Source: Octopus sinensis
Lineage: Eukaryota
Reading direction: 5' to 3'
Assembly (NCBI RefSeq): GCF_006345805.1
Contig: NC_043008.1
Coordinates: forward strand, 25,978,001-26,042,000
DNA: 64,000 bases
Made by a program: the position numbers and the translations under genes. How positions within the stretch are numbered: the first letter of the stretch is position 1; each line of letters begins with the position of its first letter. Of the stretch, positions 52,941 through 64,000 are shown one piece after another. Below the pieces are notes generated by a model. The model had not been told where the DNA came from and did not search any database. It saw nothing but the letters and a program-made list of their open reading frames with translations.

Positions 52941-55900
52941 CACAGGATAATGCACCTACCCCAAACCTTTTCTTACATAGTTATCCTACATTTATATCAG
53001 TGTGGGGGAAATATCTGTGAAAAGGCAAGTGGAAGTGATGGAATACTATATGTATATAATGCACACACACACACATACATATGCACTCATACACACATTT
53101 GTTAGTATGTATAAGAGAAATTGATGAATATAAAAGAAAAGACAAAGAGAGAGAAAATGGAAGAGTCAAAAGTTGAAGAGAAAGGGAAGGGGAGTGAAAA
53201 CAGAAGACAAAAGGGTAACTGTAAATAAAGGAGAATAAAGATAAATATTAGTGGATGAAAGAGTTAGCAAGTAGAGGGAAAGAAGATAGTAAAAGATGTT
53301 AGTGTTGTAGCAATATCCATAGTAATGAAAATGAATGGAAATGATAAAACGGTAAATAAACATGGAGAAAAATTGATTGATAAGTGATTAAATTGATATT
53401 TGTGAGTGGCCTAAGGCAAAAGATGATAAGGCTGTAGTAGTCAGCCAGTCATAAAATGATTCCATTTGGAAAGATAATACAATTTGTTAGTGTAGCCATA
53501 AAATCTTATCTATAGTTTAGCCATAATAGAATAAATGGCTAGACAGAAAAACAACTTCATTTTATAGCCTTTCTTCTGTATGCAGAGTTAATAACTCAAC
53601 AGATGTTTAATCATACTTGTTATCACTATCATGTATGCTAAACATGACAAACATACGTGTTATGACCATTATACTATTTGTGGTCAACACACCAATAACT
53701 AACATACTACTGGTTATGATCACCATGCATATTGTCACCATCATAATAGTTATCAACATCTAGTTATCACCATCATCGTAATTGTCACCTTAATATTAGA
53801 CATCCCCATCATAGTAGTTCTGACAATCATAATGATGAACATAATATGTGTGTTCACCATCATGCTAGTTATTACCATTAGGCTGGTTTTCTTTACTGCT
53901 ACTTCATCGGTTCTTAAGTGTTTCTTCAGCAATGAATGCAATTTTATGGTATTTTTCTCTGTCTGTAGTTTAATTTCCCCTTAACAGAATCTCTCTCTTC
54001 CTCTTTCTCTCCATCTCTGTCTGCCTGTCTCTCTTTCTTCATATCAAATCTTTCTTTCTCTTGTCATAAAAAAATCTCCTCTCTATGTCTCATCATTTAT
54101 CTGACTTTAAAATAGCATTTTAATTTCTGATGACTTTTACAAATGAGTAAAAATAATGTTTAGAAGCTGTGGTTGACTTTAGAAATAAAAGCTATTCTCT
54201 GTAGCCCCTGACAACATCTATAAAATGTGTTAAACAGGCAGGTTAGGTTCAATTTTTTTTCTTCATTAATCACAACAAAAGCTGAAATATTTTGAGACCC
54301 TCATATTAAAATAAAGGCAAAATATGCTGATAACCTGATATTGAAATAAAGCTTTAAAAGATTATTTAATTAGTTCTGGAGATGTGTATTTAATATATGT
54401 TTGAGCACCTTCATTCAGTGATGTCCCTTTATGCAAAATCTTTTTTAATAAATACCTATGATTTTAGAAACCAGCAGGTTTGTCAAACTATTTGCTCACA
54501 ACATGAAATCAGACTTGATGCTCATGTTGTTGTGTAGCCCCAGGTAAGAACTTTTTATGCTGTTTTATGAAATCATTTTCATCCAATATTACCCACTCTT
54601 TTTGTACATCCAGGGTTATCTTGTCTAATAAGTCATTTTTCAAAGATATCAGAGTATGATGTAATGAAGATTTCACATCTATTTCTTGCTGGTTAAGTAA
54701 TTAAAAAGAGGTTCTCTTAATGAAATCAAAAGTTTTCTTTTATTTTCAATCAAGCTATACCATCTCCTCCAATATTGTGTGTGACAACAAATCTTTTAAA
54801 AGGACACTGGAAATTTTAAAACACTGAAAGTTTTACATAGCAAGGAACTTTAACCTCCCCCATTTTCTCTCTCAATGTCCTGGTCTGAAATGCCAGAGAT
54901 GATCATTCAAATCATAGAGCTTAAGAATGTAAAAGGAATTTCTGGATTATCACTTTAATTATAACTATTTTGATGACTAATATCTGATTTACCGAATTTT
55001 CATGTAACCATGAAGTGCTACATGGAAGTTACACTAATTTATTTGATCATCATCATGAATTCAGTTATATTACAATAAAAATGTAATATCTTGGTATGCT
55101 AGTCACTCTCCACGTATTTTTATTTAACATGCAATATAACAATGGTTAACTGGTAACTATGCTTTACATTAAAAAAAGTATTACATATTAACTGATTTTT
55201 TTTACAAGTGTACAAATGTCTCATTATTGTTGAGTATAACAATATTAATATAGTTTAATATCTCACCTTTAAGAATGTTTACAAAAATCTATATTTCTCA
55301 TCAAATGAAATTCGAATTACATTTTGTGTCATAGTTTTGATATTTTTTGTTTATCTATTTATTTATTTTTTTTTTTTTGCTTTGTATTTCATTTGATTCT
55401 TTTGTATTATGAGAAACTAAGTGAAATAATTATCATAGGCTTAGCTTGCATTCTTTTTCTTCCCTTGAAATCAAATTACTTAGTACTTTTTCTAATTAAT
55501 TTTTCATCACTTTCTTTTGCCACTTATTTCAATAATATTTTGAAGAAAAATAAAATAAAATTAGCCTAAAATGAATGAAAGTCTTGAAGCAATTTCCCCA
55601 TTCCTATTCCTAAAGAATTCATTTCTTCCTTTCATTACACATTTTTTCTAACAACAAACTGAATTACCAAAATAGAAACAACAAAACATAAATAAGTCAT
55701 ACTATTACTCTGTGGCTAAAAATTTACTTTCGGCTGTGAAAGACTGGGAAAAATTACTTTTTCATTCTTTTCTGCTTTCAGTATTTGTTTCTTTGTTTAG
55801 TTAAGCATTGTTATTACTATTCTTTCTACATCTACACTTAGGGAAATTTCAACTCGTAGTTTCCTCTATTTTCTTTTAATTCATCCTTTCTTTTTCAAAG

Positions 55901-57059
55901 ACAGTGCCTTGCAATATAATTAGAATTGATTGGGCGACTCATTGTAGGTTTTTATTTTTCACCACTTCAATTGTCAGTTTGATATCTATTAAAATTTCTC
56001 ATTTGTCTTCAAGTCAAAAACCTAAGCCATGTGGTTCTTATACAGGAGATGAATTGATGAGGCAACAGAGAAAGTTCTGACAAAAGTACCAGAATGTTAG
56101 TTAATACTAAATATTTATTATTCTTGAAAGCTAGGTGACATTCTGAAGTAGCACCATATTAGCTAGCTATATATGTATGTTAGCTTCATCATGTATATGT
56201 GTGTTTTTGTGAATGGCTATGTTTGTGAGAGTCCATGCATAGATATGTATGTGTGTAAATTATATGGTAAGAAAGTAATATAAGCATTAGTACACTACAC
56301 TCTTGTAAGCATTTATTTGAGGTACAGAAATAAATCTGTTCAACTAATATAAAACAAATCGCATATGTATATATGTATATTAGTGTGTGAGCTGGAATCT
56401 GAGAGGAACAGAGATCGATTCTCTGAAGTGTCTTGCTGGCTACTTTTTTTTTAGGCACAAGCATGACTTGGTGGTAAAAAAGTTTTCTTCTTGGTTCAAT
56501 CCCACTGCCTGGCACCTTGGGCAAGTGTCTTCTATTAAAGCTGCAGGCTGACCAAAGACTTGTGAGTGGATTTGGTAGATGGAAACTGAAAGAAGACCTT
56601 TGTATATATGTGTGTGTGTGTGTGTGCCTTTATGTCTGTATTTATCTCCCACTGCTACTTATCAATAAGTATTGGTGTGTTTACATCTATATAACTTATC
56701 AGTTCAGCAGAAGAGACTGATAGATGAATTGTTCTGGAGATGAATTGTTCAACTAAAATTCTTCTAGGCATTCCCTCAGTATAGCAGCAGTCTAATGAAT
56801 GACACAAGTAAAAGATAATGGATATATATGTTCGTTTTATGGCCAATTGTCCATGCTAGTTTGGGTTAGATGAATACATATTTTGGAAACATTGATTTGA
56901 AACTGATGCCCTTCTTATAACTAAACTTTTTCTGTTTATCCTCACATCCTCAAAAGTGCAGAGTTTGCAAATGATTTCACAATTTGTAATTCAGTAAACA
57001 CACACACACACAGACATACATACACATCAGGTAATGAGAAAGAAAAGAAAATGAAATGA

Positions 57060-57640
57060 GAGGGACATGTTTTAACAAAGTTGTTAATATTTTATTGTTT
57101 TGAAAAAAAGGAAAGAACTTTTGACGTTTCTGATGCTTGGCATTCATCAAAAACTAAAAGGACAAGAAAGAAACAATTAAAGAAAGAGGAAAGGTGATGG
57201 GAAAAAAGAAAGAAAACGTTTAGGGTCTAACTATAAATGTGGTTCTATAGAGAAGAGTTAGGTAGAAAGGTGTGTACATACATAGAAGGGTATCTGTATA
57301 TAGGAATGGGTTTAGGGGGAGATGTGTGAGGAGTTCATATGGTTTATTGAGGTACTGGAAATGAACAAGTGTTGGAATGTGGTGTGTGGGATTGTGGGGT
57401 GTAGGAGGATGGTGTGTAGATGTGATTGTATTGTAGGTGAAAGGAGGTTGTGGTGGAGTGAAAGGAAAGGTGGTAAAACACTGAAGAAAACAGTAAAGTT
57501 AATGAGTAAATATATATGTATATTGTAAATACTGAAGGTTGTATATATCATTAATTTAGATGCCATTTGTGAGTTATTAAAGGGCATTAATAAAAAAATT
57601 ATCCTATAAAATCTGAACATCACATCAAACAATCTATAAA
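57060..57640 (-). mobile_element. Possible older PLE 3' UTR/pLTR remnant with a decayed hammerhead (57118-57153)
   Basis: Minus strand ttt-TTGATGA-atgc/caa/gcat-ca-GAAA-cg-TC-aaa downstream of a C/T/A-rich tract. Confidence 0.4.
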
Positions 57641-57856
57641 TGCACGCACACACATACAAATACATACATATGTACATACGTAAATACATAATCATTCCTG
57701 CTACAAAAAAAATTGGATACATGCTAGGCTCTGCAACTGCAAGAAATATTAATGTAACCTCATTAAATCCGCATATATATACATATATAAGAATATTTTG
57801 CGTATTAAGATAAAAAAAACAAGGCTGTATAGATATTAGAGCATTTATAGATAGAA

Positions 57857-57910
57857 GGTCTTACAGCTGTTTCTAGGATATTAATTAATAATATCCCTTC
57901 ATCGGACACG
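57857..57910 (-). ncRNA. Hammerhead-like motif in the left arm
   Basis: Reverse complement of 62352-62405. Confidence 0.5.
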
Positions 57911-58989
57911 GTGTGAGAGGAAAGTTAAGTCATAGTTAGTTTAGATGTGATAAAAAATAGAGAGTGAGGTGGAGGAAAGAAAATAGATGCAAGATATGTA
58001 TGGGTATTGAAGTTGTAAATCCGTTTTATAGGCATAATGGTATATATGCAATATTCCGATATCCTTTGAGTAAAATCCAAAAGTCCAACAGAGTTTAATA
58101 GGAGTCCTTCCAAATATAGAGTTTATAAGCAATGTAAGATTCCCATATGATTGAGATCCAGCAGATATTTAAACTTGGTCATTCCCAGTAGGAAATTTAT
58201 ATACAGTGTTGCAGAGTCAAAGATTTGTATTTAAAATGACCTAGAAATAGGGAGTGTATTAGTCTGGTCAAATTGAAAACAGGAAGAGAGGAATGAAAGA
58301 AAAAAAAGGAAGAGAAAAAAGAGGAGAGAAAGGAAAAATGAAAGAGAAAGGAGAGAGAAGATTAGTAAAAATAACCAAATAATAAAAATAAAGAATAAAA
58401 ACCCTGAAGATAGGAATAAATAGAATAAAGAAAAATTAAGATATAGATCAGTCAGTGGTCAGTGGAGATAATTTGAAAGTAGGAGCGGGGATAGAGAGAG
58501 AGCAAGGTATTATAGTGTAAAAGATAGAGGAATGGGGGGGGGGAGTTAAGAGGTAAAGGAATTACCAATGTGTAGCAGTATAGTCTAATTGTGGGGCAAA
58601 GATATGAAGAACTAAGGAAATAGCAGTTCAGTGCTTAGTAATCTGAGAAAATATATATGTGAAGATGTATATACATGTATATACCAGATAAGTTACATAT
58701 ACAACTCTTATTGGCATGCGTATGCATGTGTACATATGTTTACATATAGCCATAAGCATGCATAGACGCATACCCTCACTCGTACATATATACGCGCGCA
58801 TGGGTGTGTGTACAAACAAACGAATATAATCAGATGGTTGTATATGTGAGAAACAAGATAGGGACTACGAGTTAGAGTGTAAATTTATAGGTTATTGGGA
58901 TTATTCTCAAATACAAATCCCCCTTTCAAAACAAGCTCTCAAACACTATTAAACGGATCATTGCATACCCCAAATTACACATCTTCTCG

Positions 58990-60755
58990 GACAAAAAGGG
59001 GACCCCATCACCATTGAAGAATACAACATACTGATAAGGAAAGAACTTAAATCATACAAGCTGGCACCAACATCTGCCCTGAACAATATCAACAACAGCC
59101 ACTCAAACTTATGAGGAAATTGCAATTAGATGACCGAACGGAACCATATTGCCCTGCATCTCCACACTTTAATCTTAAGTATCACAAGAAGGAGTTTATC
59201 ACCAAACCTTGAATACGCTTAATATGTCCCACCAAATCAGACCTAAGAAGGGTAAGCAAAAGCATTTTGGACAAAGTAGTACCTATCGTTAAAGATAAAT
59301 TAAATGTTAACCTTTGGTTCCACTCTGGTGAATTGATTACACGGTTCCATCTTCTAAATAACAAAATCGCATATTCAATTTTACAATTTGATATAAACAA
59401 CTATTGCTCTTCTATTTCTCCTAAACTACTTAATCAAGCTCTTCTTCTTGCTAGGAACTTTACTAACGTAACCCCACTAAAAATTAACATTATACTTAAT
59501 GCCCGTAAAACCCTTATTTCTTTTGAAAGCAAACTATAGTGCCGGGCCAATAACCATAGCATCAACCGTAGCAACCTATTCAACATAATCATGGGATCCT
59601 CGGATTCAGCTCAGGTCACTGACTTAGTTGGACTTTATATACTACACTAGCTCCACAGACACTTCCCTAATATCAAGGGAGGCCTACATAGGGACGATGC
59701 TCTATTAATTACTAAAAGCATAAATAAATCCTCCTTAGAGAGAACTAGAAAGGATCTACATACATTCTTTTCTAACCTAAACCTATCTATCACATTCGAA
59801 AACGCCCACAAAACTGCTAACTTTCTGGACGCAACCCTAAACTTATCAACACCCCAATACTCTCCTTTCCACAAACCTAACCAATACCTTAAATACCTTA
59901 ACATCCATTCCACCACCACATATCCACTTTTAATAATATAAGCAATGGAATCTCAACCCGCATATCTGACCTCTCCTCCACTGAAGAAATCTTCAATAAT
60001 CACGCACCATATTATAATCAAGCACTCGATGCTAGCGGCTTCTCCCAACAAATAGAATACATCAATAATACCAGGCTCAGACAATACATATCTTAAATCA
60101 CATCTCAAACACGCAACAACCACCACAACCGCAACGAAACACACACAGTTGATGAGACCATGGAAGCCAATGCACCGAGACAATTTACATCCCACACACA
60201 TTCATTTAACAATAGGTCAAAAACTAAAACAAATAAAACAACTAACAATAACAGGCCTCGCTTACCACACACCTTTAGAAAGATAGATAACACTCATTTA
60301 TCTAACAACTTACATAGCTCTATTCTCAGACCTCTTAAAAAAGTGGCAGTCGCTCTATTTTATGGTGCACACCACCATTCTCAACGTTAAGAACTTAGCT
60401 AAATCCTTCTTTAGAATAATAGACTCTAACTTCCCTCGACAACATAAATATCATTCTATCTTTAATCGATCCACCCTGAAACTATCTTATTCTAACTCAC
60501 CTAACTTTGAATCTATTGTAGCAGCCTCGAATAAGCAAAAGCTCTCTCTTTACTATCAAAACTCACATAACTGCAACTCTACTAATACAAATAATCAACA
60601 GACATACATATCCAGCATAGATACCCTTACATTTGGACACAACCACAACCCAACCCATTCTGCTGATACTGCCCGGAACACCACCACAATCTATAATGCC
60701 CCGACAAATAACAGAAGTAATAGTAACAATAGTAATGATGACGTTAGTAATGATG

Positions 60756-60796
<41 letters not shown>

Positions 60797-61359
60797 TATA
60801 TCGAAATTTTCACCCCTTCTATAACCTCTCTTCTGATGATACTACCTCCTCTGTTACCGAACACGATCCTCAAAATTCACCGAATTGCAATTGCCGTCCT
60901 GGAACCACCTGCCCGTTACAAACCCATTGCAGAAGATATAATGTATTCTACAAGTGCACGGTCCTTAACCTTTTACACAACTCTACAGCCATATGCATAG
61001 GATCAACAAAAAATTTTAAGCAACGATATGCCACTCATCTCCACTCTTTTAGATACGATAAACATAGTAAATCTGCAACACTCACCAACCACATACATCA
61101 TCTCAGAAATGCAAATATATCCTATACTCTATCATGGTCCATATTGGACTCAGGACTTCCCTACCCATCTCAACACTCAATCTGCAAGCTTTGCCTGAAG
61201 GAGGCTCTCCAAACATTAAAGCACAACTCTCCAATACTTCTTAATAAACATAACGAGGCACTAAGCACATGCAACCACCGCTTTTATCACACATTAAAAT
61301 TCTACCACAAATCCAAATGCCAGAATGACCATACAGTATATTTCCACAATAATCCTTAG
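58990..61359 (+). pseudogene. PLE reverse transcriptase with C-terminal GIY-YIG endonuclease, disrupted
   Basis: LKYHK..IRLICPTKSD, QFDINNYCSSIS, MGSSDSAQVTDLVGLY, GLHRDDAL, NFLDATLNL, EEIFNNHAPYYNQAL, IFNRSTLKLSYSNSPN, CNCRPGTTCPLQTHC, IGSTKNFKQRY..H, CKLCLKE, STCNH. Several stops and frameshifts. Confidence 0.92.
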
Positions 61360-62351
61360 GTAATCCCAATAACGTATAAATTTACACTCTAACTCATAAT
61401 CCCTATCTTGTTTCTCACATACACAACCATCTGACTATATTCGTATGTTTGTACACACACCCATGCGCGCGTATATATGTACGAGTGAGGGTATGCGTCT
61501 ATGCATGCTTATGGCTATATGTAAACATATGTACACATGCATACGCATGCCAATAAGAGTTGTATATGTAACTTATCTGGTATATACATGTATATACATC
61601 TTCACATATATATTTTCTCAGATTACTAAGCACTGAACTGCTATTTCCTTAGTTCTTCATATCTTTGCCCCACAATTAGACTATACTGCTACACATTGGT
61701 AATTCCTTTACCTCTTAACTCCCCCCCCCATTCCTCTATCTTTTACACTATAATACCTTGCTCTCTCTCTATCCCCGCTCCTACTTTCAAATTATCTCCA
61801 CTGACCACTGACTGATCTATATCTTAATTTTTCTTTATTCTATTTATTCCTATCTTCAGGGTTTTTATTCTTTATTTTTATTATTTGGTTATTTTTACTA
61901 ATCTTCTCTCTCCTTTCTCTTTCATTTTTCCTTTCTCTCCTCTTTTTTCTCTTCCTTTTTTTCTTTCATTCCTCTCTTCCTGTTTTCAATTTGACCAGAC
62001 TAATACACTCCCTATTTCTAGGTCATTTTAAATACAAATCTTTGACTCTGCAACACTGTATATAAATTTCCTACTGGGAATGACCAAGTTTAAATATCTG
62101 CTGGATCTCAATCATATGGGAATCTTACATTGCTTATAAACTCTATATTTGGAAGGACTCCTATTAAACTCTGTTGGACTTTTGGATTTTACTCAAAGGA
62201 TATCGGAATATTGCATATATACCATTATGCCTATAAAACGGATTTACAACTTCAATACCCATACATATCTTGCATCTATTTTCTTTCCTCCACCTCACTC
62301 TCTATTTTTTATCACATCTAAACTAACTATGACTTAACTTTCCTCTCACAC

Positions 62352-62405
62352 CGTGTCCGATGAAGGGATATTATTAATTAATATCCTAGAAACAGCTGTA
62401 AGACC
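62352..62405 (+). ncRNA. Hammerhead-like motif in the right arm (CCGAUGA core)
   Basis: CCGATGA, ggatatta/taatatcc stem II, GAAA, palindromic CAGCTG, GUA triplet; stem I weak (gtc/gac). Confidence 0.5.
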
Positions 62406-63778
62406 TTCTATCTATAAATGCTCTAATATCTATACAGCCTTGTTTTTTTATCTTAATACGCAAAAAATTCTTATATACACACGCTGAACCCTTTATTCGC
62501 AATATTACCGAATCTGGAACTTAACTATGGTCTGTCTATAGCACTTATTCATCATTACCTGACACCTTTGGGTCTCAATGACAGCAGTATCTCTTATATA
62601 TTTATATATATACATACATACACATGTGTGCGTTTGTATATATACATATATATATATTGGAAGGTACATATATATATATATATATATATTTACCTTCGAA
62701 ATACGGAGTAGATGAAACAGGGACAACTGAAGAAGGGGGATATTCCTTGTGTTGTATGTCTTGTACTGTTTTTTTCGTTGTTTGAAAGAAGTTCGTTTTT
62801 ATGTTTTTGTTTTTATATTTTCGTTTCTCATTGGGTTCAACGTTTCTTTTGATGTCCTGTACCTATATACGCATGTATATATACATATATATATAGGTAT
62901 GTACATATATGTATGTATATATGCATATATTTATATTATTATATGATCGAACGCCACGCATCCTTTCCCAAGTAAGTTTTATATATAAATACATAGGTAT
63001 ACATATATATATACCTATGTATTTCTATAAAAGACTGAAATCCACTTTTTAATGCATGTCCATATTCAGTTTATAATAAATTAATAAGCATTTTTCGGCT
63101 TACCACATTAAGGTCCCAAATTTCAAAACAGATTGATTAAAATTCTAAATCATGCTTTCTCATATGGTGTGATGCAGTATGCAGGCACATTGCAAAGGGT
63201 CTCTAAGTATGCTGAGAATTTTTGAAAGTAGGTTTTAGAAAATCGATACTAATGCAATAAAAATGTATTGTTATAAACAAATATAATTAATAAAACAAGG
63301 TAGCGAACATTTAAACAAATTGTTTCCAATTTTGAACATATTTCTTTTCATAACTTATTTTCTGACATTTATCAGTGAGTTTTTCTTTTCTTTTCTAGTC
63401 CTCAAATAAATTTCTTTTTATTTAATCTCTAGTGTAATAAAAAAGTCAAGCCAATTGAGAAACACTTGTTGAAATGATCAACAAGATTATAATTGATGAG
63501 ACTATTCAGTTCATTAACTTAATGAAACATTTTTCTGTTTCTATTTTTTAATATTTACATCTCAATTTTATGTGCTATTGGCTAAGAAGATAAGAATATT
63601 AATTAGTCTTTGTATAGAAATTAAGATCTTTTTACTTCAAGTCAAGCCTGAGTTATCTACCTCCAGAATTAACAAGAAGATAACAAAAAAGTAGTGTAGA
63701 TTTAAATACTGAAATATGCACCTTCATTGAAGAAGAGGTTAAAAATCTGATCAATTATAGCCTTATTCCATATATATA

Positions 63779-63815
63779 CAGGATGGCCCAAAAGTAGGTT
63801 TACAGTTATCCAATT
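63779..63815 (+). mobile_element. Possible Tc1/mariner TIR start; any partner lies outside the window
   Basis: ta-caggatggcccaaaagtaggt after TA. Confidence 0.3.
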
Positions 63816-64000
63816 ATCTCTTTTGCCTTTATATATTAACAGTTTAGATCTTTATAAAAAAAATACGAAGCCATTATTCTATGCAAATTTAGTTAATTGT
63901 AAGATAGAAATTTAAATGTAATAAAATGTATTAAAATAAATGTGAAGTGCCAAAATGCGCTCTATATGAGCAAATAATAACAAAGCAAAGTGGAGGACAA

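Larger units (their letters stand above)
57784..62477 (+). mobile_element. Penelope-like element with inverted arms (57784-58903 and 61361-62477) around a 5'-truncated RT-EN pseudogene
   Basis: Arms compared line by line: about 7 substitutions and 3 homopolymer indels over about 1120 bp; TA-rich outer ends. Confidence 0.95.

Noticed and set aside
8430-59215. In-frame TGA codons in PLE ORFs as possible selenocysteines (known in some Naiad PLEs)
   Set aside because: They are isolated and accompanied by TAG/TAA stops and frameshifts. The TGA at 12400 is best explained as CGA decay. No SECIS element was recognised.
62693-62760. CTGAAGA followed by an agggga/tcctt hairpin as another hammerhead
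   Set aside because: There is no GAAA after stem II, and no workable stem I/III in any permutation.
826-63000. Many short ORFs rich in YI, CV, HT, LS, poly-E/K/F or MYVC
   Set aside because: They are translations of di-, tri- and tetranucleotide microsatellites, not genes.

Overview
AT-rich, microsatellite-dense eukaryotic DNA made almost entirely of repeats. The SINE families, RTE tails, mariners and Penelope-like elements (PLEs) suggest an octopod cephalopod (inference). No host gene is securely identifiable: I found only weak minus-strand exon candidates, and most listed ORFs are microsatellite artefacts. Recognisable content: several PLE pieces (an intact RT-less GIY-YIG ORF, a chimeric copy, a Neptune-type endonuclease fragment, and a 4.7 kb RT+EN element with 1.1 kb near-identical inverted arms), decayed RTE and CR1/L2-group LINEs, two mariners, a Tc1, a MULE with a FLYWCH domain, two tandem non-autonomous Helitrons and many SINEs. 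The main unexplained signal is a set of about a dozen hand-folded type I hammerhead-ribozyme (HHR) motifs. Many lie in a graded series of TA-flanked foldback elements with spacers of 0, 6, about 577 and about 2457 bp. The most striking is a 506 bp spacer-less palindrome with one canonical hammerhead on each strand and two TGACGTCA sites at its centre. All RNA structures and identities were read by eye and need computational and biochemical checks.
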